A stretch of DNA of 61,509 nt, the filler included, from Candidatus Aminicenantales bacterium (GTDB lineage Bacteria; Acidobacteriota; Aminicenantia; Aminicenantales; Saccharicenantaceae), in assembly GCA_049512315.1 (NCBI GenBank). It is 3 parts of 3 records of this genome, joined end to end, with 100 filler letters (N's around TTAATTAATTAA, not from the genome) between each part and the next. Parts side by side here need not be neighbours in the genome. Positions count along the whole stretch, not along the records: positions 1 to 25,441 come from JBEKXF010000043.1; 2 more parts are not named here. The stretch is one strand, 5' to 3'. Shown one piece after another: positions 1 to 9,866 of the stretch. The position numbers and the translations under genes were made by a program. The notes beneath the pieces are model-generated. The model saw only the letters and a list, made by a program, of their open reading frames with translations. It was not told where the DNA came from and did no database searches. Each line of letters begins with the position of its first letter. Positions within the stretch are counted from its first letter, which is position 1.

Positions 1-2
1 CC

Positions 3-1280
3 CTGATTAAGAAGGGCATCGATAAGGCTGTCGAAGAGGTCGTGAAGGAGCTCAAGAAGATGAGCCGCGAGGTCAGCGGCGAGATGATCGCCCAGGTCGG
101 CGCCATCTCGGCCAACAACGACGAGAGCATCGGCAAGATCATCGCCGAAGCGATGGACAAGGTCGGCAAGGACGGCGTCATCACGGTCGAGGAAGCCAAG
201 GGCCTGGAGACGACCATGGACATTGTCGAGGGCATGCAGTTCGACCGCGGCTATCTCTCCCCCTATTTCGTGACCGACCCCGAGCGGATGGAGTGCGTCC
301 TCGAAAACGTCCTCATCCTGCTCCATGAGAAGAAGATCAGCAACCTCCGGGAACTCCTGCCCCTGCTCGAGAACGTGGCCAAAATGGGCCGACCGCTGGT
401 TGTCGTAGCCGAAGAGGTCGAGGGCGAGGCCCTAGCGACCCTGGTCGTCAACAAGCTCAAGGGCACGTTCATGTGCTGTGCCGTCAAGGCTCCCGGCTTC
501 GGGGACCGCCGCCAGGCCATGCTCGGAGACATCGCCGTCCTGACGGGGGGAAAGGTCATCACGGAAGACATCGGCGTCAAGCTTGAGAATGTCGGTATCG
601 ACTGGCTCGGCCAGGCCAAGAAGGTCGTCATCGATAAGGACAACACGACGATCGTCGAGGGCCTAGGCAAGGCCGCCGACGTCAAGGCGAGGATCAAGCA
701 GATCCGGGTCCAGATCGAGGAAACGACCTCCGATTACGACCGGGAGAAACTCCAGGAACGGCTGGCCAAGATGGTCGGCGGCGTGGCCCTGATCAAGGTC
801 GGTGCAGCCACCGAGACCGAGCTCAAGGAAAAGAAGGCCCGGGTCGAGGACGCCATGCACGCCACCAAGGCGGCTGTCGAAGAGGGTATCGTCCCCGGCG
901 GCGGCGTCGCCCTGCTCCGCACCCAGAAAGCGCTCGAAAAGCTCCAGCTCGAAGGCGATATGCAGATTGGCGTCAATATCGTCAAGAGGGCCATCGAAGA
1001 GCCCTTGCGCCAGATCGCGGACAACGCCGGCTTCGAAGGCTCCGTGGTCGTCGAGAAGGTCAAGGAGATGAAGCCGGAATTCGGCTTTAACGCCCTTTCC
1101 GAGAAGTACGAGGACATGGTCAAGGCGGGCATCCTCGACCCGACGAAGGTCGTCCGGATCGCCCTCCAGAACGCGACCTCCATCGCCGGCCTGCTCCTGA
1201 CCACCGAAGGCATGATCGCCGAGATCCCGGAAGAAGAGAAACAGCCGAGGTACCCGACGCCTCCGAGCGACATGTACTGA
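3..1280 (+). CDS. groEL: Chaperonin GroEL (5'-truncated by window edge)
   Basis: [35 protein letters not shown] and DPTKV motifs; frame is open from base 3. Confidence 0.98.
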   Translation: MIKKGIDKAVEEVVKELKKMSREVSGEMIAQVGAISANNDESIGKIIAEAMDKVGKDGVITVEEAKGLETTMDIVEGMQFDRGYLSPYFVTDPERMECVLENVLILLHEKKISNLRELLPLLENVAKMGRPLVVVAEEVEGEALATLVVNKLKGTFMCCAVKAPGFGDRRQAMLGDIAVLTGGKVITEDIGVKLENVGIDWLGQAKKVVIDKDNTTIVEGLGKAADVKARIKQIRVQIEETTSDYDREKLQERLAKMVGGVALIKVGAATETELKEKKARVEDAMHATKAAVEEGIVPGGGVALLRTQKALEKLQLEGDMQIGVNIVKRAIEEPLRQIADNAGFEGSVVVEKVKEMKPEFGFNALSEKYEDMVKAGILDPTKVVRIALQNATSIAGLLLTTEGMIAEIPEEEKQPRYPTPPSDMY

Positions 1281-1305
1281 TCGTTCCCCGAACGAACGCA
1301 CCCGA

Positions 1306-1339
1306 GCCCCGGGCGGTTCCCCGCCCGGGGCATTTTTTA
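1306..1339 (+). terminator. Rho-independent terminator of groEL
   Basis: 11-bp stem GCCCCGGGCGG/CCGCCCGGGGC, loop TTCC, then ATTTTTT. Confidence 0.9.
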
Positions 1340-1811
1340 TTGATCTGCCCCTCTTAAATCGGTCCAGGTAAAATGAGAGAAAACCTAGGAGACAGCCTTT
1401 TCAGTTCGTCCCGGTCAAGAGCTAACTGAACCTCCTTGATTTATTTTGTCGATTCAATGAGGTTTATACAGTTATCCTTACATTCCAGCCTATCGGTCCC
1501 GCTCAATCCCGCTTGGCCCGCTACAAGCCTTCCTCCGAAGATTTCCCAGAGGGGAAAGGCGCGCCGCGCCCCTAGAAGCCCGGTAATGGCCCGATAGGCC
1601 CCTCTCGACAAGCCCGTTGAGCCTCCGGCTCTCCCAATAGGGCCGATACGGCCCCTCAGGAGCCTGCAGGTCTCATACGAAGGGGAGGATGTTCGTCGTC
1701 GGCGACAGGGAGCTTCTGCCGGACCCTCCTATAGCCCGGCGTTCGGCCTTTATGGGGATCGCTGGAGAGGCTCGGACCTATTCCTCTCGTATCTAGCGGC
1801 GGCAATCACGT

Positions 1812-1841
1812 TTGACTTCCCGTCCATCCCTCTGTTAATCT
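1812..1841 (+). promoter_or_regulatory. Putative sigma70 promoter of kinase gene
   Basis: TTGACT-18bp-TAATCT; the paralogous kinase has TTGACT-17bp-TATCCT (9647-9619, minus strand). Confidence 0.5.
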
Positions 1842-1869
1842 GAGGCCAAGTAAGAATAGAGGAGCTCGC

Positions 1870-4359
1870 TTGGCTATCAAGTGTCCGAAGTGTCACTCCG
1901 AAAACCCTGAGACCAAACAGTTCTGCGCTGATTGCGGCACTCAGCTCCCTCCGCCCCAAGGCCAGCCCCCGGTCGTGACGGAAACCCTTCAGACACCCGT
2001 CCGCGAACTTACAACGGGCTCGACCTTCGCCGGCCGGTACCAGGTCATCGAGGAGCTCGGCCACGGCGGCATGGGCCGGGTTTATAAAGTCCAGGACACG
2101 GACATCAAGGAGAAGGTCGCCCTCAAGCTCCTCCGGCCCGAGATCACCCTGGATAAGGAAGCGGTCGAGCGGTTCTCGAACGAATTGAAACTCGCCCGCA
2201 AGATCGGCCACAGGAATGTCTGCCGTATGTTTGACCTGGGCAGGGCCGAAGGCACGACCTTCATCACCATGGAATTCGTGCCGGGAGAGGACCTGAAGAG
2301 CTTCCTCCATAGGGCAAAACAGCTCAGCATAGGAACCGCAATCTCCATTGCCAAACAAGTGTGTGAGGGATTGGAGGAGGCGCACAGGCTGGGGGTTGTT
2401 CACCGGGATCTGAAGCCCGGCAATATCATGATCGACAAGGACGGGGATGCCAAGATCATGGACTTCGGGATCGCCCGGTCACTCTCGGGGAGAGGCATCA
2501 CGGGCGCCGGGGTGCTGATCGGGACACCGGAATACATGAGCCCGGAGCAGGTCGAGGGGAAAGACATCGATCAGAGATCGGACATCTATTCGCTGGGGGT
2601 CATTCTCTACGAGATGGTCACGGGGCGGATTCCCTTTGCAGGCGAGACACCGCTCAGCGTCGCCCACAAGCACAAGTATGAAACGCCCGAGGACCCGAAG
2701 AAGATCAACGTCCAGGTGCCTGACGCCCTTGCCCGGGTCATCCTCAAGTGCCTAGCTAAGGATAGAAACGAGAGGTTTCAGAGCGCGGCCGAGCTCGGGA
2801 CCGAGCTAGGACGAATAGAACAAGGCCTTCCCACGACGGATCGAGTTGTCCCTGAGAAGAGGCCGATCACTTCGAAAGAAATAACTATCACTCTTGGAAT
2901 AAGAAAGCTTGCCCTGCCTGTCATAGTTTTCCTCGTCCTTGCCGCGGTCATCGTGCTAGCCGTGCTCTTCTTTTCCAAAAAGAAGCCCGTTTCTGGATTA
3001 GTTGAAAAATCCTCAGTTGCGATTATGCCCTTTGAAGACTTGAGTCAAGACAAAACGCACGAATACATCGGCGACGGTATTGCCGATACCCTGATCTCTG
3101 CCCTCAGCACAATCCAGGGACTGAAAGTCCCGGCCAGAACGTCCGCCTTTTCCCTTAGAGGAAAGGATATGGATGTCCGTTCCATCGGTCAAAAATTGAA
3201 TGTCAAGAATGTGCTTGAGGGAAGCGTCCAGGTTGTTGGCGACAAACTCCGAATAACGGCCAGGCTCAGTAATGCCGTAGACGGCTTCCAAATCTGGTCG
3301 GAGGTCTATGAAAAGAGTTCACAGGACATTTTTGCGATTCAAGACGATATCGCGCAGAAAATCATCAAAGCTCTGAAGATAAGATTGTTCGGTGAGAAAG
3401 AAACACAAGTCGTTCACCGCTACACGAATAATAAAGAGGCTTATGATTCCTATATGCAGGGGGTCTTCTTCGAGGCCAAGAGGGGAAAAGCAAACTTAGA
3501 GAAAGCAGTCACCTTTTTCCAAACCGCGATTGATAACGATCCAAGTTATACCCTGGCCTATGCTCGTCTAGCCAATTGTCTCATAAGGATGGCCCAGTGG
3601 CCTTTTCTTCCTGGCCGGGATGCCTTTCCTAGAGCACGTGAGGCAGCCAACAGAGCTTTAGAACTTGATCCTTCTTTCTCAGGAGCTCATAACTCTTTGG
3701 CCCAATTGAAGTTTTATTTCGATTGGGATAGGGAGGGTGCGGAGAAAGAGTTTAAGACGGCTCTTGCTCTCAATCCGAACGATTCAGAGGCTCATAAAGA
3801 GTATGGAGATTATTTATATCGTTGTCATGGATATTTTGGTCAAGGACGTCTTGACGAAGCTCTCCAAGAATATAAGAAAGCCCAAGAACTCGACCCTCTC
3901 TCTCTTATCATTCTTACTCAATGGGGATGGTTCCTACCGGACGATCAGCGAATAAAGCACTACGAAAAAGTTCTTGAAATGGACCCGGATTTCCAGCCTG
4001 CTCAAAATTCTCTGGCAGGTGCATATCTCAAGATAGGGAGTTATGACAAAGCCCTGGCCCTATATGAAAGAATAGATCGACAACCGTATGTTGGCTATAC
4101 CTATATAAAGATGGGAAAAATATCGGAAGCACGTCAAGTTTTAAACAAACTGCTCGAAAATCCCTACCCAGATTCATGGGGGATAGCAAGGCTATGTTTT
4201 TTATTGGGAAAGAAAAATGAAGGCTTCGAATGGCTTGATAAAGCCTGTGAAGATAAATACTACTATTTATGGGAGCTGAAATCTAATCCCGATTTTGAGA
4301 GTGCTCACGGAGACCCGCGATTTCAGGCAATACTCAAGAAGATGGGCCTGGAAAAATAG
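1870..4359 (+). CDS. Hanks-type Ser/Thr kinase with N-terminal double zinc ribbon, TM helix, TolB-like/adenylate-cyclase-associated domain and TPR repeats
   Basis: CPKC..CADC, LGHGGMGRV, HRDLKPGN, DFG, GTPEYMSPE; SVAIMPFEDLS; TPR helices; C-terminal DPRFQAILKKMGL; TTG start after GAGGAG. Confidence 0.93.
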   Translation: MAIKCPKCHSENPETKQFCADCGTQLPPPQGQPPVVTETLQTPVRELTTGSTFAGRYQVIEELGHGGMGRVYKVQDTDIKEKVALKLLRPEITLDKEAVERFSNELKLARKIGHRNVCRMFDLGRAEGTTFITMEFVPGEDLKSFLHRAKQLSIGTAISIAKQVCEGLEEAHRLGVVHRDLKPGNIMIDKDGDAKIMDFGIARSLSGRGITGAGVLIGTPEYMSPEQVEGKDIDQRSDIYSLGVILYEMVTGRIPFAGETPLSVAHKHKYETPEDPKKINVQVPDALARVILKCLAKDRNERFQSAAELGTELGRIEQGLPTTDRVVPEKRPITSKEITITLGIRKLALPVIVFLVLAAVIVLAVLFFSKKKPVSGLVEKSSVAIMPFEDLSQDKTHEYIGDGIADTLISALSTIQGLKVPARTSAFSLRGKDMDVRSIGQKLNVKNVLEGSVQVVGDKLRITARLSNAVDGFQIWSEVYEKSSQDIFAIQDDIAQKIIKALKIRLFGEKETQVVHRYTNNKEAYDSYMQGVFFEAKRGKANLEKAVTFFQTAIDNDPSYTLAYARLANCLIRMAQWPFLPGRDAFPRAREAANRALELDPSFSGAHNSLAQLKFYFDWDREGAEKEFKTALALNPNDSEAHKEYGDYLYRCHGYFGQGRLDEALQEYKKAQELDPLSLIILTQWGWFLPDDQRIKHYEKVLEMDPDFQPAQNSLAGAYLKIGSYDKALALYERIDRQPYVGYTYIKMGKISEARQVLNKLLENPYPDSWGIARLCFLLGKKNEGFEWLDKACEDKYYYLWELKSNPDFESAHGDPRFQAILKKMGLEK

Positions 4360-4400
4360 CCTAGTCCGACAGGCCTATCCAGATTTATTTCCTTTGAAAA

Positions 4401-4424
4401 ACTCCGGATCCAAAGGTCGGAGGT
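4401..4424 (+). repeat. 24-bp tRNA-Arg(CCG) fragment (att-like), identical to 8153-8176
   Basis: ACTCCGGATCCAAAGGTCGGAGGT at both positions. Confidence 0.85.
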
Positions 4425-4456
4425 GTCAGATCGCAGGCGTGGACGAGGTCTGGCGG

Positions 4457-4993
4457 CTACTTTTCTGGATTCATCAGAAGTTCTAATAAGGACACCGGAG
4501 GCTGCTTGTCCATGTCCGCGAGCATCTTGAGCGTCGCCTCGTCGGGCTTGAACAACTTCACTAAGTTGGCCGTGACGTCGACGAGCTCGATGGAGGGATC
4601 CTTGTGGACGACCTCCCACTTGCTCACGATGATATCGACCCCCGCCTCCCGGGCGACGTTAGGCAGATCGGCCTTGACCGCTTCGAGAATATCGGCCACC
4701 GAGGCGACGCTGAAAACCTGTTGCATTTGGACCTGATGCCGAGCAGGGCCTTCGGCCTCGCATTCCTTGATCGTCTTTTCATCGTTCTCGGCCTTGGCTT
4801 TTTCGTACTTTGCCTTCAAATCCCTCCTGACCGGGGCATAGAGCCCTGATCGGGCGTAGGCAAGGGCGACACCCCTGGAATCGAAGATGCCGACCCGGAA
4901 TTTCTTCGGAGCCGGCTGCAGGGCCAGGAACATCGCGCAGACAGCCAGGACAGAAAGTCCGACAAAGACCATTCGCCCAAAACCTTTTTTCAT
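4457..4993 (-). CDS. Exported hypothetical protein, weakly OmpH/Skp-like
   Basis: Signal/TM segment, then RVGIFDSR and a helical coiled region; GAGG RBS before MKKGFG. Confidence 0.6.
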   Translation of the reverse strand: MKKGFGRMVFVGLSVLAVCAMFLALQPAPKKFRVGIFDSRGVALAYARSGLYAPVRRDLKAKYEKAKAENDEKTIKECEAEGPARHQVQMQQVFSVASVADILEAVKADLPNVAREAGVDIIVSKWEVVHKDPSIELVDVTANLVKLFKPDEATLKMLADMDKQPPVSLLELLMNPEK

Positions 4994-5041
4994 CGGAACC
5001 TCCTTTGACGAAATTGATAAGAAAGACCGGAAGGTCATCGT

Positions 5042-5434
5042 CTATGTAGCGTTCGGTTTAAGCCGTTTTCTGGTTTGCCACCAGCAAAATATAAAGAGCA
5101 AGGCAGGCAATCCGTACAGCCCGGTAACTACAATATTTCCCCCCTCCGATGCAGGGGCAAGGATATTGAAGGCAATCAAACCACCCAATGCCATTGCGCC
5201 ACCAAGCCCCTCCCACTTCCATGCAATGATGAGACCGATGAACGCCAAGAACCCGAAAGCTGTCATTGGTATGCGGTCGCTATCGATAGCTATGCGTCCT
5301 TTTTCCACGCTTTCTGCCACCATTAAAAACAAGACTACGGCAACTGAGAGTGTCCCGATAATCCTTGCCAACCAGCGAATGATAATCACCGATCGAGTTG
5401 AGGCCGATGCAACATGTTTCATCTTTACCTCCAA
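5042..5434 (-). CDS. Small integral membrane protein
   Basis: Four hydrophobic segments; GLIIAWKWEGLGG motif. Confidence 0.7.
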   Translation of the reverse strand: MEVKMKHVASASTRSVIIIRWLARIIGTLSVAVVLFLMVAESVEKGRIAIDSDRIPMTAFGFLAFIGLIIAWKWEGLGGAMALGGLIAFNILAPASEGGNIVVTGLYGLPALLFIFCWWQTRKRLKPNAT

Positions 5435-5499
5435 TCTATTGACTCGCCCCCGCGCTTCAGGCCCAATGTCTCATAATATCGACCCATCTCTGCCATGAA

Positions 5500-5871
5500 C
5501 TAGATCTGTTCTCGCTTCCGCCGGGCCTTCATGGACGCAGCGAAGGCTCCGGCCCATGTGGTCCCAAAGCAACCGACGAGAATCACAAGGCCCTGGGCAA
5601 TGACCACTTCTCGTCTTTCCGTTAGGACCATACCGATAAATAAGGCGATCCATATGATATCCAGCGCGAGCATGACGGGCCAGTCCTTACGATTGGCGTC
5701 GGGATTGCCCCGTGACAATCGGAACTGGCAGAAGAAGAAGTAGGCCGCCATCAAAATGAACGCCAGAACCTCACCCGCGTCGCCCAGGTTTTCGCTCGCC
5801 GCTTCGAAGATGGCGAAGAACAGAAAGAAGGAGAGGAACCCCATGAGAAAAGCCTTTAATATTTTCGACAT
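5500..5871 (-). CDS. Small integral membrane protein
   Basis: Four hydrophobic segments; start MSKILKAF after a G-rich RBS. Confidence 0.65.
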   Translation of the reverse strand: MSKILKAFLMGFLSFFLFFAIFEAASENLGDAGEVLAFILMAAYFFFCQFRLSRGNPDANRKDWPVMLALDIIWIALFIGMVLTERREVVIAQGLVILVGCFGTTWAGAFAASMKARRKREQI

Positions 5872-6003
5872 TTTTGCCCCCCCTTTTCCAGGCATACGCT
5901 CAATATGAGCCGCTTCTTCCCATGCGCCAAGGGCTCCACAGAGAACGGTCAGCAAGCCGTTGATCATACTGAAGCAACAGGGGAAAAGAGGCTCGCTCTT
6001 CCA

Positions 6004-6975
6004 TTACAGAAGCTTTCCTATCCGTCCCCATCGGACTCCCCCCTCAGGATCAATGGAAAAGTAAACCAGCCTGGCCTTGGATACAATATCAATGAGCGGG
6101 ACGCATCCCCAATGTCGTGAGTCTGCACTGTTATCACGATTGTCACCGAGGACAAAACAGCAGCCCTCCGGGATGGAAACGCTTAAATCCTCTCTTGCAG
6201 CCCCCTGAAGATAAAAGACGCCATAAGTCCCAGAGTCCCCTTTTTCATAGAAAGCTATCGTCCCCTTCTTGATATTTTCATCCCCTCTCCCTTCAAGCTG
6301 AGGCACCCCTTGAACTGTCCATTTTATTCCATTTACGTAAAGCTCCATCCCTCTCAATTCAATTTCATCTCCTGGAAGGCCGATGATCCTTTTAATAAAA
6401 TGCATGTTCTTGTTTCGGGGATACTTAAAAACCACCAATTCCCCTCTTTTCAGGCCAAGGTTTTTCGACGTATGATCTATCCTCATATCTACCATGATCC
6501 AATCTCCGGGAAGGATAGTCGGCGCCATGCTCCCAGTTTGCATTCGGTAGGGGAGAGCAAAAAAGCAAATTTTTTGCCTATTAACGATTGGCCCGAAGGC
6601 GAATAGATTCAGTACAATGACAAGGAGGATGTAGACATAGAGCCTATTATAGACTCTCAATTTGTAGTTCTTATCCATCCGTTTGGCTTGCTTCCAAGCA
6701 TCTCGAGCAGCCCAAATAAATATGCCAAGGTCCGACGCTGAGGACAGAACCAAAAAAACAATCAGTATCAGATTGGGCCCCACAACACTCAACTGGAAGA
6801 AGAGAAAGGGGAGAGTCAACGAGGCCACGAAGAAGAGAATCCCTTTCCGTAGTTTTCCGTTGTAGAGTTGACCCAAACCAGTCAAAAGGAACGACAGGGC
6901 CAGGGCGAAAAGGGGCTTTCTTTCCCGGAATTTATCTTTTTTCTCTTCCATTTCTTTTCCTGAAGACATTCGCAT
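6004..6975 (-). CDS. lepB: Signal peptidase I with extra N-terminal TM domain
   Basis: Catalytic Ser in GSMAPT, Lys in FIKRIIGLPGD, and GDNRDNSADSR. Confidence 0.92.
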   Translation of the reverse strand: MRMSSGKEMEEKKDKFRERKPLFALALSFLLTGLGQLYNGKLRKGILFFVASLTLPFLFFQLSVVGPNLILIVFLVLSSASDLGIFIWAARDAWKQAKRMDKNYKLRVYNRLYVYILLVIVLNLFAFGPIVNRQKICFFALPYRMQTGSMAPTILPGDWIMVDMRIDHTSKNLGLKRGELVVFKYPRNKNMHFIKRIIGLPGDEIELRGMELYVNGIKWTVQGVPQLEGRGDENIKKGTIAFYEKGDSGTYGVFYLQGAAREDLSVSIPEGCCFVLGDNRDNSADSRHWGCVPLIDIVSKARLVYFSIDPEGGVRWGRIGKLL

Positions 6976-7040
6976 CTTATTCCTGGATTTGACTTTCAGA
7001 TCGCACTCCCTTCCGCTCTGAATCAGACTGGTTGCCTAAG

Positions 7041-7418
7041 CTATAGAGATGCATGAATCAACACCCCGGCGAAGAATCTGAGAATTTTAAACAGGCCGAA
7101 AACCGATCCGATTCCCACAAGCGCCCATTGTACCGCTCTCGAAAAGAAGATCATTTCCAAGAAGGGTAGCCTCCGCGCAAAGAGGCTGTCTCTTGTGCGC
7201 TTTTCTGCTTCTATTTTTACAACCACCCTGTCAGCGAAGCCGTTTGGCACATCCGCTCCCATCGCATTTCGGACACGGGAATCCAACTCCTCGAACCGAG
7301 CCGCGGTTTCAGAACAAGCGCTGCAGGAAAGAACGTGTTTTTGGTCCTCCGGGCTCAGTCCTCTGGCCCAGGCAATATCTTCTTGAATGAGATGGCAGGG
7401 ACGCCGAGGATCATTCAT
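7041..7418 (-). CDS. Zinc-binding (ZAS-type) membrane anti-sigma factor
   Basis: HVLSCSAC (HxxxCxxC) motif, C-terminal TM helix, 4-bp overlap with ECF sigma gene. Confidence 0.75.
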   Translation of the reverse strand: MNDPRRPCHLIQEDIAWARGLSPEDQKHVLSCSACSETAARFEELDSRVRNAMGADVPNGFADRVVVKIEAEKRTRDSLFARRLPFLEMIFFSRAVQWALVGIGSVFGLFKILRFFAGVLIHASL

Positions 7419-7966
7419 AGCACATTTTCCTTTTCAAGAATTTGTCTCAAGATCTGTTTTCCGCGGAAGACACGGGATTTGACGGTTCCCACGGGGCAGT
7501 CTTCGATGTGTGCAATTTCTTCGAGCGAAAGCTCATCAAAATAAGAAAGGATTACTGCTGTATGAAATTTTTCCGGCAGCCGGCTTATGGCATCGTGAAT
7601 TCGGGATTTAAGGCGGCGTTGTTCCAGGATTTCCTGAGGGCCTTTTTCATTCCTCCCGTGATTTTCGTCCCTGAATCCGCCGGAATGCTCCTTCCTTCGG
7701 CTCATCTTCGCCTTTTCGTTGATGGCCAGGTTGCGGGCAATCGTAATAAGCCATGTCGAGAAGGAAGCCCCCTTTTCGGAGTCAAAGTCAGTGATGTTTC
7801 TGTAGGCCCTCAGGAATGTTTCCTGGGCCAAGTCCTCTAGGACCTGCACCGGAAGCAGAAAATTTCCCAGATAAGAAAAAACCATTCGCTGGTAGCGAAG
7901 AATAAGGAGTCTAAAAGCGTCCGTGTTATTTTGAGCGGATTGTTCAACGAGCAACCGGTCGTCCAT
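7415..7966 (-). CDS. ECF sigma-70 factor
   Basis: EDLAQETFLRAY, FSTWLITIARN (region 2); EEIA..CPVGTVKSRVFRG (region 4). Confidence 0.93.
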   Translation of the reverse strand: MDDRLLVEQSAQNNTDAFRLLILRYQRMVFSYLGNFLLPVQVLEDLAQETFLRAYRNITDFDSEKGASFSTWLITIARNLAINEKAKMSRRKEHSGGFRDENHGRNEKGPQEILEQRRLKSRIHDAISRLPEKFHTAVILSYFDELSLEEIAHIEDCPVGTVKSRVFRGKQILRQILEKENVL

Positions 7967-8116
7967 GAACTCTGCTATTTTTCCCCTCTATAATATTATA
8001 CATTTTGAGCCGGCAAAGGTTCCCGAATACTTAGCTCGCTATTTCGGGTTTAAGAAATCCCTCAATATCGGCTTGTTCGGCCGCGCACTCAGTCCGGATA
8101 ACTCATTCATATACAA

Positions 8117-9591
8117 TCAAATAGATCCTCTCTGATTCTCCCCAATGGCTGGACTCCGGATCCAAAGGTCGGAGGTTCGAATCCTCTCAGGCATCGCGGT
8201 CCTACCCCCCAGTAATTTGGCAAAACTCCCGGAAACTGAATCCTTTTCCCCTAGTGTATGCGTGCTTGACGTCAGGGCTTTCCCTTCGGTGAGGTTCAGT
8301 TTCTTGAGCACTCCGTTCACTTCGTCCTGCCGCAGCACCTTGAGGTATTTGGATGAGGAGAGGCCCGTGATGAGGAGCTCCGGAAAACCATAGCGCCAGT
8401 TCTCGAGGCTGGGGTCACCTGAATAGTTTTCAAAAGGGAGGACGGCAAGGGAAGGTCTCCCGGATGAAACAACCGGTTTATGAGGGGAAGGGTGCCAGAG
8501 GAGGATGGCGATAATGGCAAGAACAAGGAGACCAGCGGCTGGTATGAAGAGTCTCTTCGGCGTGAACTTCAGGGTGATCTCCCGAGAAGTAGCTGTCTTT
8601 CTCTCGGCAACTAAGCGGTCCGTCGTGGGAAGGCCCTGTTCTATTCTTCCGAGCTCCGCTCCTAGTTCGGCCGCACTCTGAAACCTCTCGTTTCTATCCT
8701 TAGCCAGGCACTTGAGGATGACCCGGGCAAGGTCGTCTGAAACTTGTGTGTTGAGCTTCTTCGGGTCCTCGGGAGCTTCATTTTTTTTTGCTTGTGGGCA
8801 ATGCTGAGCGGTGTCTCGCCTACAAAAGGAAGCCGCCCCGTCACCATCTCATAGAGAATGACGCCCAGCGAATAGAGATCCGACCTCTGGTCGACGTCTT
8901 TCCCCTCGACCTGCTCCGGGCTCATGTACTCCGGCGTTCCGATCAGCACCCCGGTGCCCGTGATGCCTCTCCCCGAGAGCGACCTGGCGATCCCGAAGTC
9001 CATGATCTTGGCATCCCCGTCCTTGTCGATCATGATATTGCCGGGCTTCAGGTCCCGGTGAACAACCCCTAGCCTGTGCGCCTCTTCCAATCCCTCACAG
9101 ACTTGCTTGGCAATGGATATTGCCGTTCCTATGCTGAGCTGTTTTGACCTGTGGATGAAGCTCTTCAGGTCCTCTCCCGGCACGAACTCCATGGTGATGA
9201 AGGTCGTGCCCTCGGCCCTGCCCAGGTCGAACATACGGCAGACATTCCTATGGCTGATCCTGCGGGCGAGTTTCAATTCGTTCGAGAACCGCTCGATCGT
9301 TTCCTTATCCAGGCTTATCTCGGGCCGCAGCAGCTTGAGGGCGACCTTCTCCTTGATGTCAGTGTCTTGGACTTTGTAGACCCGGCCCATGCCGCCGTGG
9401 CCCAGCTCCTCAATCACCTGGTAGTGCCCGGCGAAGGTGGAGCCTGTGGTCAGCTCGCGGACGGGTGCTTGAAGGGTTTCCGTCATGACCGGAGGATGGT
9501 CCTGGGGCGGAGGGAGTTGCGTCCCGCACTCCCCGCAGAATTTCAGGGTGTCAGGATTGTCGGAATGGCAGGTCGGGCAATTGTTGGCCAC
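8117..9591 (-). pseudogene. Frameshifted, truncated Ser/Thr kinase paralog, inverted relative to 1870-4359
   Basis: Kinase domain nearly identical to copy 1; A9 run at 8781-8789 shifts the frame; downstream frame continues EAPEDPKK...SLAVLPFEN, loses homology near 8280 and reads through the tRNA fragment. Confidence 0.88.
8150..8194 (+). pseudogene. 3' half of tRNA-Arg(CCG), probable att-site remnant
   Basis: Anticodon arm TGGA-CTCCGGA-TCCA, variable loop AAGGTC, T-arm GGAGG-TTCGAAT-CCTCT; no D-arm or 5' acceptor strand; 3' end degenerate. Confidence 0.85.
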
Positions 9592-9866
9592 TGTTGGCCC
9601 CCTTTGTTTGCTGGCCGAAGGATAACGCCGTTAGGGAGGGAAGTCAACCTGGGCGGGGCTCTGAGGTTTCCGACAAAGGCCCCAGCGGAGAGAAATACTC
9701 AGAATCAGTGAATCGAACAAAGTGCCCCACATATATATATCAACGATCAATATGCTATATGACACTATAATGAAAGCAACGTTCAATTCCGCATCAGCTG
9801 CTTACGGCGGTCCTTATTAGGTGCTAATGCGTCATAAATTTTGACTGCGATCCGCGGCCGGAAGAG

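Noticed and set aside
1240..1280. GroEL lacking the GGM tail
   Set aside because: Variable C-termini are common among GroEL paralogs.
8150..8194. Functional tRNA-Arg gene
   Set aside because: Lacks the 5' half and CCA end; treated as an att remnant.
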